A stretch of DNA of 64,000 bases, from positions 256,001 to 320,000 of the forward strand of contig CAVUZH010000003.1 in NCBI GenBank assembly GCA_963745835.1. The letters are read 5' to 3'. Source of the stretch: an uncultured delta proteobacterium. Lineage in GTDB: Bacteria; Desulfobacterota; Binatia; UBA9968. The notes beneath the pieces are model-generated. The model worked only from the letters and a program-made list of their open reading frames with translations, had not been told where the DNA came from and did no database searches. Shown here in pieces: positions 19,809-29,803 of the stretch (position 1 is the stretch's first letter; every line of letters begins with the position of its first letter). The position numbers were made by a program, and so were the translations under genes.

Positions 19809-20804
19809 TCATTTCACCCGTTCTATAAATCCGCTCTTTTTTATCTCATCAAGGATGGTCGAATCGAGCAGTCGCAGGCTGTCCGGAGTTGCTGCCGCAG
19901 CTTTAGCATTCTGTTTGGCAACCTCGGCGATGACAAACTCGAGACCTCTTGGTTCCGGTAAGCTCAGTATTCCCTCGCCATGCTGGGCGATGTAGAAATC
20001 ATATCCTATGGATGCGCTCTCATCGTCTAGGCGCAGGTAATTTTTGATCAGTCGAACCGCCAGAGTCTTATCCCGCTTCATCATGTAGAGTCCTTCGATC
20101 ATTGCTTTAATGAAACCGACCGCTTGTTCTCGGTGCGTTTCGAGAAACTTCCTAGTTGTCATAAAACAATTATGGCAGTAGCGCGGCAGTCCCCATTTTT
20201 TGTCCGACAGATCGACCATCAGACTCATGCCTGCTTTTATCGCCGAGGTCGCCTGAGGATCGCTCAGCACCGTCGCCTGGACCTGACCGGAGAGCAAAGC
20301 GGCCTGCCGTGTGGATACGCCGCCTAGCTGGAGGATTTGAACCTGGTCGGCCTTCACGCCGATTTTTTCCAAGGCGATTCTGAGGTTGACCTCTGAAGAG
20401 GAGCCGAACCGGCTGATGGCGATTCGTTTGCCTTTAAAATCCTCAGCTGTTTTGATTTCCGGTCGGACGATCAGTTTGTCAGGAATGAAGTTGATTCCTC
20501 CGGCAACGATCGTGACGTCGGCTCCCCGTAAGTTGGCATTAACTGCCAAGGATCCGGTGGAAAAGAGGAACTGAGACTCGTTCGCCACCAGAGTCTGCAT
20601 GCCGACCGTGCCGTTTTCGATGGCGATGTACTCCATGTCCATGCCATATCTCTTCAAGAGCTTTTGATCGTAAGCCACCCAGAGCAGCGAGTGGATGACA
20701 GACAGGCCGCCGCTGGCGGCGCGAATTTTTTGCGCTGTGGCTGGCGCAGGGCGAAACGACAAAACCAGGAGTATAGCAACGATCGAAAACATTCGTAGCT
20801 TCAC
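19809..20804 (-). CDS. ABC-type substrate-binding protein, NMT1/SsuA-like
   Basis: Signal peptide ending in ATA-Q; DFKGKRIAISRFGS; C-terminal EIKKSGFIE. GTG start inferred from an upstream GAAGGA RBS. Confidence 0.85.
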   Translation of the reverse strand: MKLRMFSIVAILLVLSFRPAPATAQKIRAASGGLSVIHSLLWVAYDQKLLKRYGMDMEYIAIENGTVGMQTLVANESQFLFSTGSLAVNANLRGADVTIVAGGINFIPDKLIVRPEIKTAEDFKGKRIAISRFGSSSEVNLRIALEKIGVKADQVQILQLGGVSTRQAALLSGQVQATVLSDPQATSAIKAGMSLMVDLSDKKWGLPRYCHNCFMTTRKFLETHREQAVGFIKAMIEGLYMMKRDKTLAVRLIKNYLRLDDESASIGYDFYIAQHGEGILSLPEPRGLEFVIAEVAKQNAKAAAATPDSLRLLDSTILDEIKKSGFIERVK

Positions 20805-21010
20805 ATTTTCCTTCCATCCCATGGCAGAAATGCTACGGTGTGTCATTAAGACGATCTTCACCAGGAAGGATACGAAGCGCATGAAATTAAAATTCGAGCG
20901 TACGATTCGCTGATCATCTTGGCCTCGTCTTCATGCGCTTCGAACTCTCGGTTGTTTCGAAAAGCACTTGCCGCGAATGCAACGATCTGGATGACTCTTC
21001 GGCCGCCACG

Positions 21011-23233
21011 CTATTGATCCTTGTCGATCCAAACCTCCACATTGTAATCCGGCGCGCCGGATACTGGATCGATTCGGCGCGGGATCAAAACGTTAGCTTC
21101 CGGCCAATATGCTTGTAAAGTTCCTGGCTTAAGCGGTGCGAGCTGAATAATCCCTTTCATTCTACCAATGTCCGAGCGAACGATCACTTCATAGCCGTCT
21201 TCCAACTCGAGTCTCTCGGCATCGTCCGGCGACATAAAGATGCTGTGGCGCGATGTTGTCCCCATTGCACGATGAGTATGGCCGAAGGTCATGCTGTTGA
21301 ATTGTTTGCCGCGCCGCGTTGCCAGATAGAATTTACCCGGGGCAGCGCGTCGATCTTGTGGCTTGATCGGTGTAAATAGGGCCCGGTTCTCAGGCATGCT
21401 GGTGAAGCCGTGTTTGAACAGGAACGGGCCGCCCCATTGAAGATGATCGCCCTCCTTGGAGAGCTTCTCAATTCCGTGATAAATCGGCATCACCCGGGCC
21501 ATTTCTTCGCGGATACTTTGAGTGTCGTCGAAGGGGAAAAGAAGCTCGCCATTGGGCATTGCCTTGCGCCCGATCCTCACGGGTATCTCCCACTCGGGCA
21601 GTGCTTCGCCGATCGTATGGCCAGGAATCTCCGGGCTAAAACGGATTCGTCTTTCGGTGCTGGTCGATGTTCCGCCACCGCGTTGTTCATAGCGAGTTTG
21701 ACTCGGCAGGATCAGTATCGATTCCTGAGCGTTGAGCAACATGGAAGTATTGAGCAATATGTCCTGGTGTATCCGCACGGGCACGCGCTCCAGGGCTCTC
21801 GCGACTAAATTTCGGTCCGGAAGAGTTTCCAATAAATTTCCGCCGATGGAATATAAAAACTGGAGCTCTCCCCGACGCGCGGCTTCGATCATATGCGGCA
21901 CCTTTAAGCCGGGCATCGACGGAATCGGATGCTTCCACAGATTGGAAAAGCGACGCGCGCTCGATTCATCCACCGCGAAGCCGCCCGGGAATGTGTCCGG
22001 TTCGGCGCCGCATTCGCCGCCCCCTTGGGCGCCGCTGTGGCCGCGCATCGGCATAATGCCGCATTTTTCCCGGCCGAACATGCCGCGCGCCAGAGCCAGA
22101 TTGACGATCGCTTTGACGTTATCGACGCCGAACTCGTGTTGGGTCAATCCGGTGCTGTAGACGAACACGGCAGACTGTGAGGTGCCGTAGAGTTGGGCGA
22201 ATCCGATCATCTGATTGCGCGTCACGCCCGAGCATTGCTCGAGCATGTCCCACGATTGTTGTTCGATGGCAGCTTTCATCTGCTCGAACCCGGCAGTATG
22301 CGCGGCAATAAACCCGTGATGCACCTGATCCGCGGCCAGAAGGGCTTTAAGAACCCCATTGATGAAAGCGATGTCGCCGCCGACACGCACCTGGTAGAAG
22401 TCGTCCATCAGCTTGGTGCCGAAAACCGCGCTCGATGCGATCGACGGCACCCAGTAGCGTTCCAGACCGTATTCGCGCATGGGATTGACAACGATGATGC
22501 GCGTGCCGTGTTGTTTCGCGAAGTGCATGTACTTGGTGGTCACCGGATGATTGTTGGCCAAGTCGGAGCCGAAGATGACAAGCATCTCGGTGCCGATGAA
22601 ATCCGAAAGCGAGCCGGTGGGCGCGCCGATACCTAGTGTCGCTTTCAAACCCGAAACAGTGGCGGCATGGCAGAGGCGCGAGCACAAATCCACATTGTTG
22701 GTGCCGAGCACCCGGGCCAGTTTTTGAAAGACATAGTAGACCTCGTTTGTCAGCCCCCGAGATGTCGCAAAAAAAGCCATCTGATTAGGGGGAGCATTGC
22801 GAATTGAACGGGTCGTCAATTCCACTGCTTGATCCCAACTAATCCTGCTAAAGCCCTTTTCTCCTCGGCGGCGAAGCATGGGGTAGGGGATGCGTCCCAA
22901 GGATCGCAGCTTCTCCGGCGCCAGCCGGCGAAGAGCGCTGACATCGCTCATGAGCGACGGATCCAGCGCGCTCATCGTGTTCACCTTGAGAAGCTTCAGG
23001 CGTGTCATACAGAGATGAACGCCTTCATGAACGTTATCCTTCAGTCCGTAGGGGCCAAGAGAGCAACCGTCGCACACGCCGCGTTTCAAGATATCCCAGG
23101 CGTACGGCAGTTCGGTTTTGTTCTCCCAGAGCACGCCCAACATTTCGCGGTAATGCCTTGGCTTGGTCTGGCCGACCAAGCCAAAGGGAACGAAGCGCGA
23201 GAGCCCAGTGCCGTTGGATGTTAGCTTAGACAT
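21011..23233 (-). CDS. FdhF/YdeP family molybdopterin oxidoreductase
   Basis: CDGCSLG, NNVDLCSRLCH, RGHSG.QG, TRRGKQFNS and YWPE.NVL. Confidence 0.92.
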   Translation of the reverse strand: MSKLTSNGTGLSRFVPFGLVGQTKPRHYREMLGVLWENKTELPYAWDILKRGVCDGCSLGPYGLKDNVHEGVHLCMTRLKLLKVNTMSALDPSLMSDVSALRRLAPEKLRSLGRIPYPMLRRRGEKGFSRISWDQAVELTTRSIRNAPPNQMAFFATSRGLTNEVYYVFQKLARVLGTNNVDLCSRLCHAATVSGLKATLGIGAPTGSLSDFIGTEMLVIFGSDLANNHPVTTKYMHFAKQHGTRIIVVNPMREYGLERYWVPSIASSAVFGTKLMDDFYQVRVGGDIAFINGVLKALLAADQVHHGFIAAHTAGFEQMKAAIEQQSWDMLEQCSGVTRNQMIGFAQLYGTSQSAVFVYSTGLTQHEFGVDNVKAIVNLALARGMFGREKCGIMPMRGHSGAQGGGECGAEPDTFPGGFAVDESSARRFSNLWKHPIPSMPGLKVPHMIEAARRGELQFLYSIGGNLLETLPDRNLVARALERVPVRIHQDILLNTSMLLNAQESILILPSQTRYEQRGGGTSTSTERRIRFSPEIPGHTIGEALPEWEIPVRIGRKAMPNGELLFPFDDTQSIREEMARVMPIYHGIEKLSKEGDHLQWGGPFLFKHGFTSMPENRALFTPIKPQDRRAAPGKFYLATRRGKQFNSMTFGHTHRAMGTTSRHSIFMSPDDAERLELEDGYEVIVRSDIGRMKGIIQLAPLKPGTLQAYWPEANVLIPRRIDPVSGAPDYNVEVWIDKDQ

Positions 23234-23245
23234 GGGTCTTGAACA

Positions 23246-23701
23246 TCAACCCTCTGTCTTGCGCAACTCATCGAGAACCGCGAAAAACTTCTCGGGTTCG
23301 CTTTTCGAGACAGCTGTTTTGTACAAGGCATAGCGTTGATGAGACGCCCAACCGTTCCACTCTTCGAGTGTAACAGCCTTGCCGTTGTCGCCGGATCGTT
23401 CCCGAACCGGTGCCGGAACATGATCCGAAATTTCCCACAAGGGTTCCATGGGCGGGAGTTCTTGCGCTGGGGCGTGGCAATACTGGCGGGAGAGAAAGTT
23501 CAGGTAATCCTTAAAAACTTGTTTCTCGTCTTCGTGGTCCACCGGCAAGTGGCAGACCGCGGTCCGTTCTTCGATGCGGAAGGCGAGCCACTGCTTAAGA
23601 GATAATTTGATGCCGGCAAGATCGAGCTTCATCCGAACATGCAAAGGAAGACGTTCCAAATTTGGATAAAAGTCTTTTTCGTATTGAAATCTGTGAAACA
23701 T
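23246..23701 (-). CDS. Nitrate-reductase-associated protein (NarM-like, Nitr_red_assoc family)
   Basis: F.YE.DF...L..LP..VR.KLD.AG.KL.L.QW and W......QRYAL.K motifs. Confidence 0.75.
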   Translation of the reverse strand: MFHRFQYEKDFYPNLERLPLHVRMKLDLAGIKLSLKQWLAFRIEERTAVCHLPVDHEDEKQVFKDYLNFLSRQYCHAPAQELPPMEPLWEISDHVPAPVRERSGDNGKAVTLEEWNGWASHQRYALYKTAVSKSEPEKFFAVLDELRKTEG

Positions 23702-24154
23702 AATCTGCCGAGGGAGTTTGCCTTTCGATCGGGCAAAAAGATATTTTCCCCTTCATTCATGGAAGTCAACCACATTATGTATGTATTGGATTAAAAAGAC
23801 ACGTGAATACCGTGGTTTTAGCCGCTTTAGCAGCTTGGCGGCGGCAGCAGTGGCAATCACGTTCAAACTCAGTGACCCTCGGCGTTATCTGGGCTTCAGT
23901 AGCGCTCGAAATTGCGGCCGGCGATGAAGTTGATAAAAAAGGGAGTTTTGAAGACCAGTTATTGTATATTAAAAAATATTTGACGCTGCGCCCCGGGAAA
24001 CGCGCACAACCTTTATCGGGGTGCTGATACATGCGATTTGAACTCGTGCCGTGACGCCTAGGGCAAAACGAATCCTGCGCGAGAAGAAAAGCGCGCGTCT
24101 TCAATATGAAACGTCCACCCAGAAGTCATTTTAGCTGAAGGGGAATGCCGTACC

Positions 24155-24682
24155 ATGATGCAGAGCCGCCCGCCCGCATCCAATAATCCACCGCCGCCGA
24201 TTGAGCCGACCGGATTCTTTACCGGAATCAAAATCCGTCCGGTCATCATCGGTGTCGTGGTTGATATTCTTGCTACGATGCTTCTGTCAACGATCTATTA
24301 TTTTGTCTTCGTAGCGCGGGATTTAAGCGACCCGGGTGCCATTTCCGAAGAGGCATTATCTCAGTACTGGAGTTCCAGCGAAGGCATCATGGCCAGTCTG
24401 GTGATCGGCACGTTTTGTACCGCGATCGGTGGTTTCTATGCCGGCCGTAAAGCGGGCGCATTGGAGATGAAGCACGGCGGCCTGGTTGGTGTAGGTTCGA
24501 TCCTGACCGGAATCATCCTGCAATCGGTCGGTGAAAACGGCACGGGACTCAATCAATGGCAAATGCTGATTGCCTATGCAGCGGCGATTCCTGCTGGAGC
24601 TTTGGGCGGTTCTGTGGCTGAGTGGGCGCGCGGCTTTGCGCCGGTGAAACCGCCAGACGGCGGCGCTTGGCCCAGGCATTAA
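24155..24682 (+). CDS. Hypothetical 4-TM membrane protein
   Basis: Four hydrophobic segments; GGFYAGRKA...HG.LVG. Confidence 0.7.
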   Translation: MMQSRPPASNNPPPPIEPTGFFTGIKIRPVIIGVVVDILATMLLSTIYYFVFVARDLSDPGAISEEALSQYWSSSEGIMASLVIGTFCTAIGGFYAGRKAGALEMKHGGLVGVGSILTGIILQSVGENGTGLNQWQMLIAYAAAIPAGALGGSVAEWARGFAPVKPPDGGAWPRH

Positions 24683-24687
24683 GCATT

Positions 24688-25239
24688 ATGTCGGGGATCG
24701 AATATAGACGCGCCGGGCCGGAAGATTATGCCGAAATCGTTCGGCTGCAGCGAGCTAATTATATTGCGAACCTCACGGCAGAGGAGCGCCGGGAAGGTTT
24801 TCTCTCAGCCGAGTTCAGTTTGGATCAGGTTGCCGCCATCGCGAGCGATCTCGGCATTGCCATCGTCACGATGGACGATGACCTTGCCGGTTGCTTGTGC
24901 GGAATCAGGCGCGAATTCAATCATGGCTCGCCGGTGGTTGCGAAAATGCTCGAGTCCTACGATCAGGCTTGGTTCCAAGGCAAACCGCTAAGCGCATTCA
25001 ACAGCTATATATACGGTCCGGTATGCATTGCTCGTCAGTACCGCCGCCGCGGCCTTCTGCGCGGGCTGTATGATTTCCAAAAAAAAGATTTGGCCGGTCA
25101 ATTCGAGCTCGGCGTCGCCCTGGTCTCGCATAGCAACCCTCATTCAATGAGGGCGCATGTGGAGGGATTGGGAATGACCGAAGCGGGGAAATTCGAACTA
25201 AACGGCAACTTATTCGCCATCCTGGCCTTCCGCATTTGA
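24688..25239 (+). CDS. GNAT family N-acetyltransferase
   Basis: YRRA...D, GPVCIARQYRRRGL (acetyl-CoA motif) and N..S..AH..LG. Confidence 0.85.
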   Translation: MSGIEYRRAGPEDYAEIVRLQRANYIANLTAEERREGFLSAEFSLDQVAAIASDLGIAIVTMDDDLAGCLCGIRREFNHGSPVVAKMLESYDQAWFQGKPLSAFNSYIYGPVCIARQYRRRGLLRGLYDFQKKDLAGQFELGVALVSHSNPHSMRAHVEGLGMTEAGKFELNGNLFAILAFRI

Positions 25240-25274
25240 ATCTATGGCTTCCGAATCATTCACACGCTACCAAT

Positions 25275-25453
25275 GCCCTCGGGGCGAGTCCTCCGAGTCG
25301 AAGGCGATGGGTCTGTATCTTGAGGCTTAGCGTGATCTGTCAGTGGTGGAGCGAACGGGATATATGAGTTGTCATTGTCCGGCCCAAGCACCAAAGAAGT
25401 CGTTGAGGTGTACGGCTTGGCGCCTTCGCCTCTCCGGGCCTCGCCCCGAGGGC
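25275..25453 (+). ncRNA. Candidate 179-nt rod-shaped structured RNA
   Basis: Nested pairing from end to end: a 14-bp perfect terminal stem, an 8-bp stem, several G-U-containing stems and an apical GUUG loop. Confidence 0.45.
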
Positions 25454-25502
25454 CTACACAGTGTCATCATTTTACTCTGACCATGACTAATGCGGGGTAC
25501 CC

Positions 25503-25647
25503 GCGTGCTGAAAACTCTGTTTGCAGCTGCTCAAAAGCCTCAGAGGCAAGGCGCTCGAAGTTCGATGAGCTGAGGCGTACGCTTCAGTACGTTGAAGCGA
25601 GTCGGGCGAGTGCAACGAAGCATATGAGAGTTTTTCAGCAGCTTGCT
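25503..25647 (-). mobile_element. MITE-like element, copy 1
   Basis: Reverse complement reads AGCAAGCTGCTGAAAAACTCTCATATGCTTCGTTGCACTCG... and aligns with the copies at 34378 and 62301. Confidence 0.8.
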
Positions 25648-25750
25648 CGTGAAGGCCGCGGCTGCTTGCGCATTGGCCAGCGCTCTCATAGAATCGCTTC
25701 AGTCGTCGTCACTCCTTGGCGACGGCGACAATTTCGAAAGGAGAATAAAC

Positions 25751-26254
25751 ATGGATAAAGATATCAAGAAGACCGCGCTGAGAATGATTCCGTATGGGCT
25801 CTATGTTCTGACTAGTGAAGGCAAGGACGGCAAGATCGCCGCGGCAACAGTCAACTGGGTAACGCAGACTGCCTTTGAGCCGCCGCTGGTGGTGGTGGGC
25901 GTGAAAGCCGACTCCGGCGCTCATGCGATTATCAAGGAATCGAGAACATTCGCTTTAAATATTCTTGGCAAGGATCAAAAAAACCAGGCTTATACATTTT
26001 TCAAAGCGCTCGAGCGCGAAGGCGATAAGATCGGCGGCGAACCATTCCGCAAGGGAAGTCTTGGCGCACCGATTTTGCAGAACGCTCCGGCATTTGTCGA
26101 GTGCCAACTGGTGGAGACCATCGAGAAGGGCGATCATTCGATTTTCGTCGGTGAGGTCAAAGATGCCGGGGTTGCCGCGCAACCTGAAGGACGCCCTGAC
26201 GATGCGACCCTAACCCTTAAAGATCTGGGTGACAAAGTCTTTTACGGCGGCTAG
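25751..26254 (+). CDS. Flavin reductase family protein
   Basis: ALRMIPYGLYVLT, WVTQ.AFEPP and GDH.IFVGEV; AGGAG RBS. Confidence 0.9.
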   Translation: MDKDIKKTALRMIPYGLYVLTSEGKDGKIAAATVNWVTQTAFEPPLVVVGVKADSGAHAIIKESRTFALNILGKDQKNQAYTFFKALEREGDKIGGEPFRKGSLGAPILQNAPAFVECQLVETIEKGDHSIFVGEVKDAGVAAQPEGRPDDATLTLKDLGDKVFYGG

Positions 26255-26377
26255 CAGCCTGATGAAAAAGGCCACCTGCTTAGTTGCGCTCGGTCGTCTC
26301 GCTTCAACGTACACTAGGGGTACGCTTTCGCTCGACGACTCATCGCGCGTCTCGCATCCAGTCTTTTGATCAGGCTA
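26253..26377 (+). mobile_element. MITE-like element, copy 2 (diverged)
   Basis: AGCAGCCTGATGAAAAAG...GTTGCGCTCG...CGTAC-loop-GTACG...CTTTTGATCAGGCT. Confidence 0.7.
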
Positions 26378-26416
26378 CCGATAAGAAAATGAAAACGATC
26401 CGATAAAGGGGCAATT

Positions 26417-26803
26417 ATGGCTAAAATTCGACACATTGCTTACCGCGCAGAGGACGTCGACGCGATGGCGAAGTTTTTCGTAGACGCGATGGGCATGACC
26501 ATAAAGCAGAAGCGCAAGAACACCGCCGTCGATCTTACCGATGGGACCACCAACATCACTGTGCTTCCCTTGGCGGCCGGCAGACCGGGTGGCGAGCCGG
26601 GCCGCGCCGGTATCGATCACATCGGCTTCACTGTTGAAAGTGAAGACGAAGCCAGCCGCATGCTCGAGGCAGCCGGCGCGCACAAGATCGGACGGGTCGA
26701 ACTTGGCAGTCAGGTGCACTATGAGGTCAAGTATCAAGGGCCGGAGGGTATCGTCGTCGACGTGGGTCACTGGCTTGGAACAGCACCACTCGACGAGAAG
26801 TAA
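26417..26803 (+). CDS. VOC/glyoxalase family protein
   Basis: KIRHIAY, GIDHIGF.VE and GPEG..VD. Confidence 0.88.
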   Translation: MAKIRHIAYRAEDVDAMAKFFVDAMGMTIKQKRKNTAVDLTDGTTNITVLPLAAGRPGGEPGRAGIDHIGFTVESEDEASRMLEAAGAHKIGRVELGSQVHYEVKYQGPEGIVVDVGHWLGTAPLDEK

Positions 26804-26808
26804 CTCGC

Positions 26809-26955
26809 GTTCAACCGTTCAATGGTTCAACGTCAGGCCGGACTAAAAACAATCGTTCAAGATCTTGAAAGGTTGGCTGCGTTCTTCTACTGCTGACGTT
26901 GTAAATCAGGCACCGACCTCTGACGTTGAACATTTGAACCGTCGAACTGTTGAAC
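26809..26955. repeat. Palindromic array of 8-bp GTTCAANN units between convergent genes
   Basis: GTTCAACC-GTTCAATG-GTTCAACGTCAG ... CTGACGTTGAAC-ATTTGAAC-CGTCGAAC-TGTTGAAC. Confidence 0.8.
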
Positions 26956-26974
26956 GGTAACCGGCAGATGCCGG

Positions 26975-28444
26975 TTACCGTATCATCAATCTTTCCGCCT
27001 TCCCCGAATAATTGATAAACACAGTTTTCAGCTCGGTAAAGAAGTTCAGGCCTTCTTCGGCCATTTCGCGCTCGCCGACACCAGTGGATTTCGTGCCGCC
27101 GAAGGGAAGCTGGGCTTCACCGCCGATGGTTGGTTCATTGACGTGCACCATGCCGGTTTCGACTTCTTCGACGAAGTTCATGATCGTGTCGATGTTCTCG
27201 GTAAAGATGGAAGTGGTCAGGCCGTACTCCACGCCATTGGCATGACTCAACGCCTCTTCTAGATTGTTGGCTGTGGAGACCGAAAGCACGGGTCCGAAGA
27301 CTTCCTCTTTGAAGAGGCGCATGCCGGGCGCGACGTTATCGAAAATTGTTGGTGCGACGAAATATCCCTTGCCAAGGTAGTCGGGCTTTTTACCGCCCAG
27401 CAGCAAGCGAGCGCCTTCTTCCTGCCCGATCCTGATGTAGTCCAAATCGGTTTTCCATTGCTTCTCATCCACGGCCGGACCCATATCGACGGTCTCGTCT
27501 AGACCGGAGCCGATTTTGATTTTCTTGGCGGCTTCGATGAGCCGCTCCGTGAGCGCGTCTTTGATGGCTGGGTTGACGATCACCCGCGATGTTGCCGTGC
27601 AGCGCTGTCCCGTGGAACCGAAGGCGCCGCCGTGAATGGCAACGGCTGCCTTATCCAGATCGGCATCCGCCATAACGATGACCGCGTTCTTACCGCCCAT
27701 TTCACAGGTCACTTTTGCGCCGCGCTGCGCCGCCTTAACATAGAGCGCGCCGCCGATTTCGTTGGAGCCGGTGAAGGATACGGCGCGAATGGTTGGAGAA
27801 TTGACAATGGCTTCGCCGACCACCGAGCCGGAACCTACAACCATATTGAAAACACCCGGAGGCAGGCCGGCTTGTTCATAAATCTCCGCGAGCAACGTTG
27901 CCGTGGCCGGTGTCAGCTCGGCCGGTTTGAATATTACGGCATTGCCGGCGACCAGCGCCGGCGCCGATTTCCAGACCGGAATAGCCCAAGGAAAGTTCCA
28001 CGGGGCGATCAGCCCGACCACTCCCAAAGGTCTGCGAACCGTGTAGGTAAAAGTATCGCGCGCCTCCGACGGGAGCGTCTTACCATGCATGCGATAACCT
28101 TCGCCGGCGTAGAATTCCAATAGCGAAATACCCTTCAGCACTTCGCCTTTGGCTTCTTTCAAAATCTTGCCCTCTTCGCGGGTTAGGGTGCGGGCGATTT
28201 CGTCAGCGCGCTGGCGCGCGATATCGGCCGCGCGCCAGAGGACGCGGCCACGCTCGGGTCCAGGCGTCCTCTTCCATCCTTTAAAAGCCGCTTGTGCCGC
28301 TTCAATCGCGCGGTGCGCATCCTGTGATGTTGCCGCGGGAAACTCGGCGATGACGTCGTCGAGATCGGCTGGATTGATGTTGCGCACCAGCCGCTCGGAT
28401 TTTGGATGAAACCACTTGCCATCGATATAGGAGCCGGTATTCAT
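26975..28444 (-). CDS. Aldehyde dehydrogenase (alpha-ketoglutaric semialdehyde dehydrogenase-like)
   Basis: PWNFP, FTGS, EMGGKN, GQRCTA, EEVFGP and PFGG.K; GGAGG RBS before ATG 28444. Confidence 0.93.
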   Translation of the reverse strand: MNTGSYIDGKWFHPKSERLVRNINPADLDDVIAEFPAATSQDAHRAIEAAQAAFKGWKRTPGPERGRVLWRAADIARQRADEIARTLTREEGKILKEAKGEVLKGISLLEFYAGEGYRMHGKTLPSEARDTFTYTVRRPLGVVGLIAPWNFPWAIPVWKSAPALVAGNAVIFKPAELTPATATLLAEIYEQAGLPPGVFNMVVGSGSVVGEAIVNSPTIRAVSFTGSNEIGGALYVKAAQRGAKVTCEMGGKNAVIVMADADLDKAAVAIHGGAFGSTGQRCTATSRVIVNPAIKDALTERLIEAAKKIKIGSGLDETVDMGPAVDEKQWKTDLDYIRIGQEEGARLLLGGKKPDYLGKGYFVAPTIFDNVAPGMRLFKEEVFGPVLSVSTANNLEEALSHANGVEYGLTTSIFTENIDTIMNFVEEVETGMVHVNEPTIGGEAQLPFGGTKSTGVGEREMAEEGLNFFTELKTVFINYSGKAERLMIR

Positions 28445-28556
28445 GTTTGCCTCCTCCAGAACAAAACGAGCTATCTTCCTGCCGCAGAGTCGGGACCAAC
28501 TAAACAAGTGCCACGGAGACACAGTAGCGGCAGCGTTCCAACCAACCTCGGAGTAT

Positions 28557-28621
28557 CTCGCGCAAAGGCGCAAAGGAAAGAAACAATATCCAAACTTTGC
28601 GTCTTGGCGACTTGGCGCGAG
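28557..28621. repeat. Palindromic array of 8-bp CGCAAAGG / CTT(T/G)GCG units
   Basis: CTCGCGCAAAGGCGCAAAGG ... CTTTGCGT-CTTGGCGA-CTTGGCGCGAG. Confidence 0.7.
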
Positions 28622-28715
28622 TAAATCCTCGTCGTTATCAGCTAGGAGTGTCAGAGAATTCCGCAAGCTGCGAAACCGTACAAGGCCGAACATGGGCGGA
28701 CTCGAAAGGCTTACG

Positions 28716-29768
28716 TTATCTGCGAGCCAGCGCACGCAATCTCTTGTTCCACAATTCATCGAGTTTCTCATACTGCTCGGTTGTGAGTCCCTGCTCAGGA
28801 TACCAACGCTTGAATCCATAGTCCTTGATTGGGCTGCCGTACTCGTATTGCTCAAGCACTTTTTGTCCGCCGGGACCTAAAATAAAGTCGGCCAGAAGCA
28901 GGGCGGCGTGTGGATGCGGCGCATTGGCCGAAACGGCGGTCGATCCCGAGTTGGACGGCACAATCTCCATGGGGAGCCATTCGATGGGAGCATTGGCTTT
29001 GAGGGATACCTCGGCATGATTGCGGAAGGTTGTCGGCGATACTCCGACCTCGCCGGATATCACCATATCGAGAAGCGCTCGTCCTGAGACGTTATGAACC
29101 GCGGGATTTTGCTCGTTCAACTTCTTAAAAAATTCTTCACCTTTGAACTTGAGCATCGCTCCGACTACGGTCACGCCGGTGTCGCTGCCGGCGAAGCCGA
29201 TCTTGCCCTTCAGCTCGGGCCGCAGCAAACCATCATAGTTCTTTGGCACCAGGTTGGCTGGTATCGAATTCTTGTTATAAGCTAGACCGATGTGAGACTC
29301 GCGATCGATCGCCCAGTACACTAGCCCTTTGGCGTCTTTCTCTTTGACATGTTCGGGGTACTTTGCCTCGGTTGAAAAATAGTACGGGGCGATCAGCTTA
29401 TTGTCTTTCAAGAGCTTTAAAAGCGGAATGGTTGTTTCAATGGTATCGACGATGTGCCGCTTGGCCTGGCTCTCAGCGAGAATCCTAGCGCCGAGCTCCT
29501 GCCGGGTGCCACGGTAGGATTCTACTTTGACGCCGGGATACTGGCTCTCGAAAGCAGCCGCGAGATCTTTGTACGAGCCGCCGGCCAGCGATGTGTACCA
29601 GGTGATTTTGCCTTCGGCTTTGGCGCCGGCATACAAAACCTTTTCCCGATCCGGTTTGTTGTACGTCGCTAGTTGCGCCAGCGACATAGGTTTGGCCGTT
29701 TGTGCCGATCCGGAAGAAGCCAAACCGAAGGAAAGAACCAATAGACAGGTTAACATCTTTATCTTCAT
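28716..29768 (-). CDS. ABC extracellular solute-binding protein (Fe3+/thiamine AfuA-like cluster)
   Basis: Signal peptide; GAKAEGKITWYTS, AYNKN, APHPHAALL..DF.L...GQ. Confidence 0.88.
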   Translation of the reverse strand: MKIKMLTCLLVLSFGLASSGSAQTAKPMSLAQLATYNKPDREKVLYAGAKAEGKITWYTSLAGGSYKDLAAAFESQYPGVKVESYRGTRQELGARILAESQAKRHIVDTIETTIPLLKLLKDNKLIAPYYFSTEAKYPEHVKEKDAKGLVYWAIDRESHIGLAYNKNSIPANLVPKNYDGLLRPELKGKIGFAGSDTGVTVVGAMLKFKGEEFFKKLNEQNPAVHNVSGRALLDMVISGEVGVSPTTFRNHAEVSLKANAPIEWLPMEIVPSNSGSTAVSANAPHPHAALLLADFILGPGGQKVLEQYEYGSPIKDYGFKRWYPEQGLTTEQYEKLDELWNKRLRALARR

Positions 29769-29803
29769 GCGCTGCTCCTTTACTTGTCGAGCTCTAACTT
29801 TTG

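Noticed and set aside
21011-23233. Selenocysteine in the FdhF/YdeP protein
   Set aside because: The Mo-ligand position is Cys (RLCH) and the frame is uninterrupted.
23702-24154. Small ORFs or ncRNA in the AT-rich divergent intergenic region
   Set aside because: No convincing RBS, motif or stable fold; it is consistent with a promoter region.
25344-25361. tRNA-3'-like sequence (minus strand ATCCCGTTCGCTCCACCA) as an att site
   Set aside because: There is no T-loop GTTC, no second copy and no integrase; it is explained as part of the long hairpin.
28445-28855. 137-aa N-terminal extension of the aldehyde dehydrogenase
   Set aside because: It overlaps the upstream SBP and a repeat, and a strong RBS precedes ATG 28444.
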